From: Octopus sinensis
Lineage: Eukaryota
Assembly (NCBI RefSeq): GCF_006345805.1
Contig: NW_021836341.1
Span: 1-32,668, forward strand
DNA length: 32,668 nucleotides
Reading direction: 5' to 3'
Shown here: positions 1-9,939 of the stretch, one piece after another
Layout: every line of letters starts with the position of its first letter
Numbering within the stretch: the stretch's first letter is position 1
Translations under genes and position numbers: made by a program
Notes under the pieces: model-generated
What the model was told of the DNA's origin: nothing
Seen by the model: the letters and a program-made list of their open reading frames with translations, nothing else
Database searches by the model: none

Positions 1-120
1 TAAGCATTTGAGTAGATAGATAGATAGTAGATAGATAGATAGATAGATAGATGACAGGTAGGGAGGTAGGTAGGTAGGTAGGTAGGTAGGTAGGTAGGTA
101 GATAAATAGGTAAGTAAATA
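1..120. repeat. (TAGA)n/(TAGG)n microsatellite
   Basis: Direct tetranucleotide repeats at the window start. Confidence 0.9.
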
Positions 121-513
121 GACAGATAGTGTCCAAACACATGTAAACAAACAAACACACACAGACACACACACACAACCAATTACATTAGCTGGAACAA
201 CAGCAAAGTTTGGGTCAGATTGACTTTCTGTATATGCGTGTGAGAGAAAGAGAAATTCAGATAGAATATTTTTTTGCATACCCAGGATTAAATTGCCTAA
301 TTCTCTACTGTGACAGGACAGTGCAAAAGAAACTTCATTTGTCCATGCCAAACGACCATGTGATACAAATTATTGCCAACCAAATAGCCAAGAACTGAAA
401 GTAGCTACAGATATAATAAAATATATGGTAGCACGTCAGCATGACACGCACTCATTTCTATGTGTATGTGTGGGTACGCGCGCTTGCATGTGTGTGTGAA
501 TGTATGTATTTAA

Positions 514-580
<67 letters not shown>

Positions 581-635
581 ATATATACATACATACATAA
601 ATACACATACACACACACACAACAACATATATATA

Positions 636-1201
636 TTGGGTTGTCCGGAAAGTTCGTGCCGATTTATACTAGCTTACATTTCGACTTATTTTAAAACATG
701 GTTGAGTCCATAAAATAGGATTTGACTGCACCTCCATTTAGAGCACAGTTGAAGCTATCTTTTCGTGAAAGACGGTTTATGTTCCTATAACCTATGTTGA
801 TTCTGTAACCCTTTAAAATGGAAGATAAGAAAGTTCATTTTCGCCACTTGGTGCTTTGGGAACCAGACAAAAGTTGCTGCAGCTTGGCTGGGATGTGTTA
901 CCCCACCCTCCATATTCACCAGATATTGCTCCTTCGGATTTCCACTTATTCAGGTCTCTGCAGAATAGTCTTAATGGTAAAAATTTCAATTCCTTGGATG
1001 ACGTAAAAAGATACCTTGATGTATTCTTTGCCATGAAACCACCTCAATTCTGGGAAGAGGGTATTTTCAAGTTAAAGGAAAGATGGAGACGCATTGTGCA
1101 ACAAAATGGTTCATATTTAGTTGATTAAAAATGTAATAGCATGTATTTATTGACCTTTTTCTTTCCTTTAAAAATCGGCACGAACTTTCCGGACGACCCA
1201 A
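636..1201 (+). mobile_element. Internally deleted mariner DNA transposon (566 bp, mellifera-subfamily-like)
   Basis: 30-bp TIRs TTGGGTTGTCCGGAAAGTTCGTGCCGATTT (636-665) and its reverse complement (1172-1201) differ at 1 position. TA dinucleotides flank both ends (634-635, 1202-1203), and transposase N- and C-terminal remnants lie inside. The subfamily call rests on remembered TIR and N-terminal similarity. Confidence 0.93.
818..1128 (+). pseudogene. Mariner transposase remnant: N-terminal 15 codons joined out of frame to the C-terminal ~88 codons
   Basis: 818-862 reads MEDKKVHFRHLVLWE, a mariner-type N-terminus. From 862 another frame reads TRQKLLQLGWDVLPHPPYSPDIAPSDFHLF...ERWRRIVQQNGSYLVD*, which includes the YSPD(L/I)APxD signature. 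Confidence 0.9.
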
Positions 1202-1256
1202 TATTATGCAACATTGAAAAAGACAGCCATCTGCATACCAATTTCAAAACTAATAG

Positions 1257-1710
1257 CAGTAAACCCCCTCTAATCCGGTATTCTAATCACTGGAACTATA
1301 TATCAACCGACTCTCAGAAAAATAAAACTGAACAAAAAATAAGTTGTTAGAGTCAAAAGGAATTTTTGCTGATTTGTGTTAATTAATTATTCGTTATGAA
1401 AAGAAAGGAAATTTCTATTGTATCTGAAATGGACCATTGCATCTCAAAGTACAATGCAGTGTTTTATTTTACTGCGGTTAACGCATCTGCATTATATTGT
1501 TCTATTCTTAAATTATACTTTGTTTCTCATAATTTCCTTCTTTTCTAATCTATTCAGAACATTTATGATAATACAAGATGCATAGATGGGATTTTAATGA
1601 CTTTTGTAAGGCGATATGGTAATTGAAAAGGTGATGATTAAATATCCGGAACTTTCGGTTATTCGGTAACACTCCGATCCTAACGGTGCCGGGTAGGATG
1701 TTGCGTACAG
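1257..1710. mobile_element. Possible ancient pogo/Tigger-like MITE
   Basis: The left end CAGTAAACCCCCTCTAATCCGG resembles pogo-type TIR starts, and 1645-1710 has CCGG-rich subterminal-like sequence. The putative right TIR matches only about 13/22. Confidence 0.25.
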
Positions 1711-2415
1711 TGTATGTGTAGACATACATACATTTATATATCTATATGTGGAGGCGCGATGGCCCAGTGGTTAAGGCAGCGAACTCGCGGTTGTAGAATC
1801 GCGGTTTCGATTCCCAGACCGGGTATTGTGAGTGTTTATAGAGCAAAAACACCTAAAGCTCCACGAGGCTCCGACAGGGGGTGGTGGTGATCCCTGCTGT
1901 ACTCTTTCGCACAACTTCCTCCTCACTTCTTTCTTCGATGCTGTGTACAGTGTATGTGTAGACATACATACATTTATATATCTATATGTGGAGGCGCGAT
2001 GGCCCAGTGGTTAAGGCAGCGAACTCGCGGTTGTAGAATCGCGGTTTCGATTCCCAGACCGGGCGTTGTGAGTGTTTATAGAGCAAAAACACCTAAAGCT
2101 CCACGAGGCTCCGACAGGGGGTGGTGGTGATCCCTGCTGTACTCTTTCGCCACAACTTTCTCTCACTCTTTCTTCGGATGCTGTGTACAGTGTATGTGTA
2201 GACATACATACATTTATATATCTATATGTGGAGGCGCAATGACCCAGTGGTTAGGGCAGCGGACTCGCGGTTGTAGAATCGCGGTTTCCATTCCCAGACC
2301 GGGCATTGTGAGTGTTTATAGAGCAAAAACATCTAAAGCTCCACGAGGCTCCGACAGGGGATGGTGGTGATCCCTGCTGTACTCTTTCGCCACAACTTTC
2401 TCTCACTCTTTCTTC
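1696..2415 (+). repeat. Tandem triplication of a 240-bp unit (about 54 bp flank plus the 5' ~186 bp of a SINE)
   Basis: Units 1696-1935, 1936-2175 and 2176-2415 align at an exact 240-bp period with scattered substitutions. Confidence 0.95.
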
Positions 2416-2538
2416 TGTTGGCCTGCTCGCTTAGCCAGCGGGGTGGCGTCATTTGAGGGCTAAAACAATGCGAAGCGCATTGTGACCAGCGATGTGTAGC
2501 AACATCTGATAGTCTGGTCGGTCACGGTGATCACGGTG
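2228..2538 (+). mobile_element. Full-length tRNA-derived SINE (family A) with 12-bp target-site duplication
   Basis: A-box-like TG(A/G)CCCAGTGG, B-box-like GGTTTC(C/G)ATTCC and a tail ending in (CACGGTGAT)x2. ATATATCTATAT lies at 2216-2227 and again at 2539-2550. Confidence 0.85.
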
Positions 2539-2763
2539 ATATATCTATATATTCATATGTGTGTTGCATGTGTGTGTTTGTATATATATGTATGTACATA
2601 TATATATATTTATATGTGTGTATTTGCAAGGACAATCCGAACACAGAGAAGTGTTGTAAAGAGTGACCGGTTAGAGCGGAAATGGCGCGAGACCGGAGTG
2701 TCGTTGCCATACCTACACACACACACACACACACAAACAAACAAACACACACACACACGTACG

Positions 2764-2799
<36 letters not shown>

Positions 2800-2820
2800 T
2801 GCACACATATATGTATATGA

Positions 2821-2954
2821 TGGGGTTCATTTCGGTTTCCGTCAACCGAATTCATTCTCGGGGTTCTGGTCGGCCCGGTGCTGTAGCAATGAGACTGAAC
2901 CCGGAACCACGTGTGTTGGAAAGCAAACATAGTACCAACCACCCATACCTGCAC
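2821..2954 (-). mobile_element. Degenerate, internally deleted copy of CORE-like SINE (family B) head
   Basis: The reverse complement aligns to the copy at 25011 (GGTTCCGGGTTCAGTC, GGGCCGACCA, GACGGAAAC.GAAA). Confidence 0.65.
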
Positions 2955-2997
2955 TTGGATTTATTTATCTTTATATCAATGCTCATATATATATATG

Positions 2998-3203
2998 ATA
3001 GAACGCCATGATAGACCGTTAGCTCCTACACGCATTTTTTTCTCTCCTTGTTTCTCTCCTTCTTTCAATTCTGTGTATCTTTCTGTCGAAGAGCGTAGGC
3101 TCGAAACGTTAAAGACTTGCTCTATTTCTATTCCTGAGCGCTATACTAATACATTTGTTTGTTTGTACTTCACCTGCCTTCGTATTTTTGTTTATTTTCG
3201 TAA
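2998..3203 (+). mobile_element. Penelope-like element pseudo-LTR remnant (non-autonomous), flanked by (TA)n
   Basis: Contains GAAGAGCGTAGGCTCGAAACGTT, shared with a reverse copy at 23076-23208. The CTG..GA-A-stem-GAAACGT pattern is typical of PLE LTRs (established knowledge). Confidence 0.6.
3078..3115 (+). ncRNA. Minimal type-I hammerhead-ribozyme-like motif (one core deviation)
   Basis: TCTTT (stem I) + CTGtCGA-A + GAGC/GTAG/GCTC (stem II) + GAA + ACGT (palindromic stem III) + T + AAAGA (stem I). The core position A6 is T here. Confidence 0.45.
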
Positions 3204-3213
3204 ACCTTCCCGT

Positions 3214-3257
<44 letters not shown>

Positions 3258-3609
3258 CTTGTGATACCATTTGAGATTGCTGTGAATTCATCTGATAGCA
3301 ATTGTTTCCATGATAGATGCAAACACACAGTGCAAATGACAAGGATTGAACCGATGACCCTTCCGTCTTGTTCTCTATATAAACTCAGTGCTATCCTTCT
3401 AAATCAGACTAATTAAACTGCGTCGTTTTCATTGTCAGCGTGACAGGAGGAAAGCATCAGTAATTAATTGTTTGCCTTTGTAAAACTACCTAATTAAAAT
3501 ATTCAATTAAGCAAGCTTTAAACTAATTAACTATTTACAAAACAATAGTGTTCTCGCCACGCCCCGGTTTGTGGCGCTGATGATGATTTGCTCACAACAA
3601 GGTGTGGGG

Positions 3610-3753
3610 TATGCATCATCATGATCATCATGATCATCATGGTAATCACTATCATCATCATCATCATCGCCACAACATCCACCAGCACGACCACCATTAC
3701 CACTAAGAACACCATCACTGCTACCACCATTACCACCACCACCACCACCACCA

Positions 3754-3788
<35 letters not shown>

Positions 3789-4020
3789 GTTGTCATCGTC
3801 ATCATTATCGTTATCATGTTCACTATCTTCATCAACTGCCATCATTAAATTGATCATCGAATTCCTCTTCCTCGTCATCATCATCACCATCATCGTCATT
3901 GACATCATTATCATCTTATATTCATCATCATCACCATCATTATTGTCTCCATAACTACCACCACGACAGTACAGCTCCACCGCCAACTCCACCCCTAACA
4001 TCATCACTACCACCAACATA
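3610..4020. repeat. Degenerate (CAT)n/(CAC)n triplet low-complexity tract
   Basis: Mixed ATC/ACC triplets that generate spurious His/Thr/Ile/Val-rich ORFs. Confidence 0.85.
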
Positions 4021-4431
4021 AATAACACTAGTATTTTCGTCTTATTGATACCTTTAACTCCACCATGATTCTTCAGTCTTCGTCGTCCTCCTCCTTCTCC
4101 TCCTCCTCCTCGTCGCCTCGGTCGCCCAACTCATTATCGTCATAATGATTGACCTCTATTACATCACCAAAAACTGAGTGTTTGAATCGACTCGTGTGCA
4201 TCGGTTACCGTCCCTTCCAAGCCTCCATGCAAGCAGTCACATCAAATAAAAGCATACCTTAATTGTTGTAATCGTTTTGTCCTTTATACGAAAAGTTTCG
4301 GACTTCTCCCACGAAGACCGCTTCGCTCAACAAACAAACAAACAAACAAGCAGCAACGTCATCAACATCATCTACTACTACTACTACTACTATTACTACT
4401 ACTACTACTAATAATAATAATAATAATAATG

Positions 4432-4470
<39 letters not shown>

Positions 4471-4496
4471 TAATAATAATAATAATAATAATAATA

Positions 4497-4610
4497 CTTT
4501 CGGTGTTGATAAACTAAGTACCAGTTTGAGCACTGAGGATGATGTGTTCGACTAGCCCCACCAACACCCTAAAATTTTAGGCTTTCTACCTATAAGTGAG
4601 AGGATTATTA
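4497..4610 (+). mobile_element. 3' half of Meta-domain-like SINE (family C, tail type A)
   Basis: CTTTCGGTGTTGATAAACTAAGTACCAG...CACTGAGGATGATG...AAAATTTTAGGC...GAGGATTATT aligns with the other family C copies. Confidence 0.65.
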
Positions 4611-4716
4611 TAGTTATAATTACTAAAATATCTACCAGCAACTAACCTACCTGGATAGCATAGGTTTACTCGTTCAGAGCTGATGTGAGACTGCAGTGAG
4701 AGACTGCAGCAGCGGT

Positions 4717-4795
<79 letters not shown>

Positions 4796-5131
4796 CGAAA
4801 TAGTTGCATCGACAGCAAAATAGCTTCAGTAAATTGGGTGAGAACGTGGGTAAAAGCGTCGAAACAATATGGCAGATTAAAGCGGTTTATTATCTCAATT
4901 GCCCGCTCAAACTACGACATATTTCACAGAACGCTTCACAATTTCAGGTTTATGTAATTTAGCCTGACATTTGTCGCAATGTATCTTCTTGCTGTTGTAG
5001 TTGTTTCGTGAGGGAGTGCTTGTCGTAAATGTCGGTTGCGTTAGTGGAAATGGTGGTATTATTGCTGCTGTGGTTGTCGGTTGTGATGCTGGTGATGATA
5101 TTGTTTAGTGGTGATATTGGTGCAAGTTTTT

Positions 5132-5349
5132 GAAAGTGGCGAGATTGGAGAATCGTTAAAACGGCGAGCAAAAAAAAAATGCTTGGCGGTGTTTCCTACA
5201 TCTTTACGTTCAGAATCCAAATTCCTCCCAGTCAGCCTCTCCTTTCGGGGTCGATAAAATAAGTACCAGTTTAGCACTGGAGTCGATTTCATCGTTTTAG
5301 TACCTTCACCGAAATTGCAGGCCTGGTGCCAAAATTTAAGACTAATATT
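5132..5349 (+). mobile_element. Meta-domain-like SINE (family C)
   Basis: Degenerate A/B-box head, central CCTTTCGGGGTCGATAAAATAAGTACCAG (resembles the MetaSINE/MESC domain) and tail type A. Confidence 0.8.
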
Positions 5350-5495
5350 AGTTCTATTTCTTTGTTAGTGTCATTCTGGTATAGTAGTAAATGGTGGTGG
5401 TGTTGGGGATGGTTTTACAAGGTATAGTGTTGGTGATTTTGTAGTTGGGTCGATGTTGACAGTGGTTGTGATAATTGTGTTGTCATGGATATTTC

Positions 5496-5700
5496 TAATA
5501 TTGGCTTCACCCTTTAGCACAAGGCCAGTAATTTTGAAGGAAGGGTAAGCCGATTACGTCGACCCCAGTGTTAAACTGGTACTTATTTTTCCGACCCCGA
5601 AAGGATGACGGGCAAAGTCGACCTCGGAGGAATCTGAATAAAGAACATAAAGACGGACGAAATATCTCTAAGCATTTTGTCCGGCGTGCTAGAGATTCTG
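5496..5700 (-). mobile_element. Meta-domain-like SINE (family C)
   Basis: Reverse-strand alignment to family C: CTGGTACTTATTTT.CGACCCCGAAAGGATGA.GGCAAAGTCGACCTCGG. Confidence 0.85.
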
Positions 5701-5720
5701 ATAGTGGTTAATGATTGTTG

Positions 5721-5830
5721 TTGGCGAGCTGGCAGAATCGTTAGCACGCCGGACAAAACGTTTAGCAGCATTTTGTAAGTCTTTATGTTATGAGTTCAAA
5801 TTTCGCCGATGTCGACTTTGCTTTTCATCA
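5721..5830 (+). mobile_element. 5' part of Meta-domain-like SINE (family C), head-to-head with the preceding copy
   Basis: GGCGAGCTGGCAGAATCGTTAGCACGCCGG...GAGTTCAAATT.CGCCGA.GTCGACTTTGC.TTTCATC, truncated at about 5830. Confidence 0.85.
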
Positions 5831-5832
5831 CC

Positions 5833-5979
5833 AATATTAATCTCACATTTTGGCACCAGGCCTGCAATTTCGGTGAAGGTACTAAAACGATGAAATTGAC
5901 TCCAGTGCTAAACTGGTACTTATTTTATCGACCCCGAAAGGAGAGGCTGACTGGCAGGAATTTGGATTCTGAACGTAAA
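5833..5979 (-). repeat. Inverted duplicate of SINE segment 5203-5349
   Basis: 147 bp with 5 mismatches by manual comparison. It shares a private internal deletion (CCAGTCAGCCTCTCCTTTCGGG) relative to other family C copies. Confidence 0.9.
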
Positions 5980-6170
5980 AGAAGTACCATTCAAGTACTG
6001 CGGGCTGGTCTAATGGACTTTCCCTCCCCTAAAAACCGAAAAACGGATGGCTTTCTGTCAAAGTTTGAACCCATTATTATTGGCTAGACAGCAGAAATGC
6101 TAGTATGTTGCGTTCAGTTCTTTCCAGGTCCCTCATTTACCACTACAAGTATTCTTTCCCTCCCACTACT

Positions 6171-6592
6171 CTCTTTTACTCTTTTACTCTTTTACTTGTT
6201 TCAGTCATGTGACTGCGGCCATGCTGGAGCACCGCCACTAGTCGAGCAAATCAACCCTGGGACTTATTCTTTGTAAGCCCAGTACTTATTCTATCGGTCT
6301 CTTTTGCCGAACCGCTAAGTGACGGGGACGTAAACACACCAGCATCGGTTGTCAAGCAATGCTGGGGGACAAACACAGACACACAAACATACACGCACAT
6401 ACATATATATATATATATATACATATATACGACGGGCTTCTTTCAGTTTCCGTCTACCAAATCCACTCACAAGGCATTGATCGGCCCGGGGCTATAGCAG
6501 AAGACACTTGCCCGAGATGCCACGCAGTGAGAGTGAACCCAGAATCATGTGGCTGGTTAGCAAGCTACTTACCACACAGCCACTCCTGCACC
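6171..6592 (-). mobile_element. Full-length CORE-like tRNA-derived SINE (family B)
   Basis: Head GCAGGAGTGGCTGTGTGGTAAG..., CORE-like GGCA.CT.GGGCAAGTG, internal (TA)/(TG) tract, and a tail ending in (GTAAAAGA)n. Confidence 0.9.
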
Positions 6593-7769
6593 TACGTTGA
6601 CTTTTTGTAATATTTTCTTTGTTCATATCTTTCATGCAGGTATCGACTTGCAGCACTTTAAACGTAACATTAACAACATCAATTTCAACGATCGCGGAGG
6701 GCCTGCAAGGAGCCATGGACGTCGCCCCTCCCCCCCCCCCATGATCCCCGTGTCAGTAAACAAAACAAAACAAAAAACAACAAAAACTTAAATAACAATA
6801 ATAATAACAAAAAAAACCCACAATGATTAACAAGGGACAATAATATATTAAAAGAAATAAACGAAAGTAAATTCATGGGATATCATTGAAAAACAAACAA
6901 CAAACATTTATTAAAAAGCAATAATATTTTCATTTAAAAATAAAACAACATAAGATACGTTATTCTCGCGAGATTTCCGCCTTTATAGAAATATTGTTTA
7001 CACATCAAGAATTAATCGTATCTCTGTATTGCCGCAGGAGAATGTACTCTGTGTATTGTATTCACATTCTGCATTCGCAGCTAACCGTAAATAATTCCTT
7101 TGCTAATAGATTCTTTAATGTTTTTTAATCTTTTACGTTAATTGTGTAAAACTGTCCTCTTATGCTTACTATTATTTTAAACTCCCACTGGGGACAAATT
7201 TCGTCTAAACAATATTTTAACCTCAACGTTTACTAAGACACTCCCATATAATTTTTTCATTCAAATATTTCCTACTCTTACTTATACAGTTTCACTAAAA
7301 CACGAATTTCACCATTTTTTGTTTAGAAATACGGTTCTTAAATAATATCGCTTTCTTCTTTTATTTTGGTTCTTCTTCGTTTGATTTCCACATTTAACTT
7401 TTTACACAGCCACATTTTAATCTCTCTTATTCTGCGACAGTGTTGTTTTCTTTGAGTGATTTTTTGCTTGATTAAAGATAAACGGAGCCTAAAATGTCAC
7501 TCCTTAAACTTCAATTGAAGACACTTACTCCAATTTGCTTGCTGTTTTAGTTTTTTTATTAATAGTACTTTTTTGTTTTTTTTATCTTTCTGCTATATTT
7601 TATTTACATTAAAAACCAAATGTTGCAAATTGTTGGGCGGCAGGAACTAAGCCAGCAGTGCAGAAATAAACCTTTACGTCTGAGATTTTCCAAACTTTTT
7701 ACTACATTGTTGACACACCTCAAAAAGTTTTGGGCGACGCATTCCTTAATAATAGAGCTAACGCGCGCA

Positions 7770-7846
7770 CACATACACACACACACACACACACATGTGA
7801 GTGTGTGGTGTGTGTATGCGTGTATATATGTGTGTATATAAGTCTG

Positions 7847-7901
<55 letters not shown>

Positions 7902-7910
7902 GTACATATA

Positions 7911-7985
<75 letters not shown>

Positions 7986-7989
7986 GTAT

Positions 7990-8044
<55 letters not shown>

Positions 8045-8060
8045 TATATACATACATACG
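7770..8060. repeat. (CA)n/(TG)n/(TA)n compound microsatellite
   Basis: Long dinucleotide tracts. Confidence 0.95.
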
Positions 8061-8320
8061 GCTGATAAGAAAAGGAAGAGGATATAAAGCCGACAGACAT
8101 CAGCCAGTAAACATTGAAGTAGGTCTATTTATTCAATTGTAAAGGAAGAACACACACACACATGTTTGAGCTTTTCAGATTAGCGAGTGGAAGAAGCTGG
8201 TAACGGCACAGACAAGGTTGTGAATATATATAAGTATATAGAAACAAATGAGCAGCTAAGAAAATGAGCAACATATATATACATGTACATTGACTTAGAT
8301 GATGTAAAATAGAGATAACG

Positions 8321-8386
<66 letters not shown>

Positions 8387-8410
8387 TGATGATGATGATG
8401 ATGATGATGA

Positions 8411-8844
8411 TATAGAGAAATTAAGGTCAACAGACCAGATACAGTTGTCAGAGATCATGAAGAAAAAAAATGCTTTCTAATTGATGTATCAATACCGGCA
8501 GATGACAACGTGTCTGTAAAAGAAATGGAGAAACTTTCAAAATACAAAGACCTGGAAATAGAGGTAACTAGAATGTGGAATCTGAAAACAGAAACAATTC
8601 CTATCATAATAGGTGCATTAGGCATGATAAAAAAAATATTCAGACAAATACATAACAAAAACACCAGGACTTACAACTATATACAACATACAGAAAATTG
8701 CACGACTAGGCACTGCACACATCCTACGCAGAACACTTTCCATACAATAGCCATCAGAGCATCACAACAAATCACAGACCATACCCAAGGCACACAGAAC
8801 TGCACTCGGTAGTTAAGTGAAAGCACGCTATAAAAATAAAACTA

Positions 8845-8849
<5 letters not shown>
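8411..8849 (+). mobile_element. 5'-truncated R4/Dong-clade non-LTR retrotransposon (restriction-like endonuclease domain plus 3' UTR) within (TAA)n
   Basis: 8414-8635 reads REIKVNRPDTVVRDHEEKKCFLIDVSIPADD...EKLSKYKDLEIEVTRMW...IIIGALGMIKK (PD-D/E..K type RLE). A +1 A in an A-run follows, then YSDKY...QKIARLGTAHILRRTLSIQ* (stop 8748-8750). The 3' UTR runs into (AAT)n from 8848, with (TAA)n/(GAT)n upstream. Confidence 0.85.
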
Positions 8850-8881
<32 letters not shown>

Positions 8882-9939
8882 TTAATAACCTTTTCTACTA
8901 TAGACACATCTTTTCAAGCACAAGATCCAAATTTTAGAATATGTGCAACAGTTTCCACTAGCATAACAAATGCTTCCGTGTGTTACCGAAACATTTACAG
9001 AGAGCGAAAAAAAGCTTCTAAATAAATAATACTAGACTTGTTTTTTAAAAAGAAATATACAAGTCCGTCTATGAGTGCTTGTGAATTGGTGATCGCGTCT
9101 ACATGTGTTGGTGTGTGCGATTCTATTATAAATGATTCTGATATTCTTTTTACTTTACATATAATATTCTTAATATTCTACTGTTGTTTTATTGTCATTT
9201 ATTTAGGAGAATTATAAATTTTATAGGCAAAATATTCTGGGAACGAATTACGATTTTTAACATCGCTACTATGGGAAATAATTGCTCTGCTTTACGAGTG
9301 TTCGCTTTACGCTCGGGTACAAATTAACTCGTATATGGAGGCATTGCTGTTATTTAAAAATCTATCACCGAAATGAGCATTGTACAAAGTTAAATATTAG
9401 TATACTATCACACAAACAAATCGCACGGAATCCCACACATACAGAGGAGAGAGGAGGAGAAAGATGAGGAGGAGGAGGAGGAAGACAGACAGGAAGAGAA
9501 TTAGCGAGAGTGAAAAGGAGAGAAAGACAAAAATAGACAGACAGAAGGAGAGAGAGAGACATATGCAAAGAATAAATAAATGGACCTCCATCGATTTCGA
9601 CGATGAATATTCCATTGTTTGTTCAGCAGAAATATCTCTTACTGAGTTTCTAAGTGGCAGAACATTCTAGAGTTTGCAATCAAATATAAAAACTCATTGA
9701 TCATTAGAAGTTTGTTTACTGTCTCAGGATTGTGGATTGTTATTGATATATTCATAGAATATTTGATTTTAGTGCTTCTGCAGTATATCATTGCCCTATA
9801 TGTATATATATTGGCTGAGGAACTGTTATACTCGTCGTCATAGATAAAGCAGAAAATGTCGAGACGTGGAAAGAAGATCTAGAAAAATCCGTACCAAATT
9901 TCAACGTGCAGAATATTACAAATGAAAAAAAAATAATAA

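Noticed and set aside
1750-1820. tRNA-like sequence with A and B boxes (also at 1990, 2230, 9940, 25011)
   Set aside because: These are SINE heads: there is no acceptor-stem closure and they continue into SINE bodies.
3527-4028. His/Asp/Gly/Thr-rich ORFs that might suggest cephalopod structural proteins
   Set aside because: They lie wholly in a degenerate triplet tract that is open in several frames on both strands, with no signal peptide, splice context or recognisable motif.
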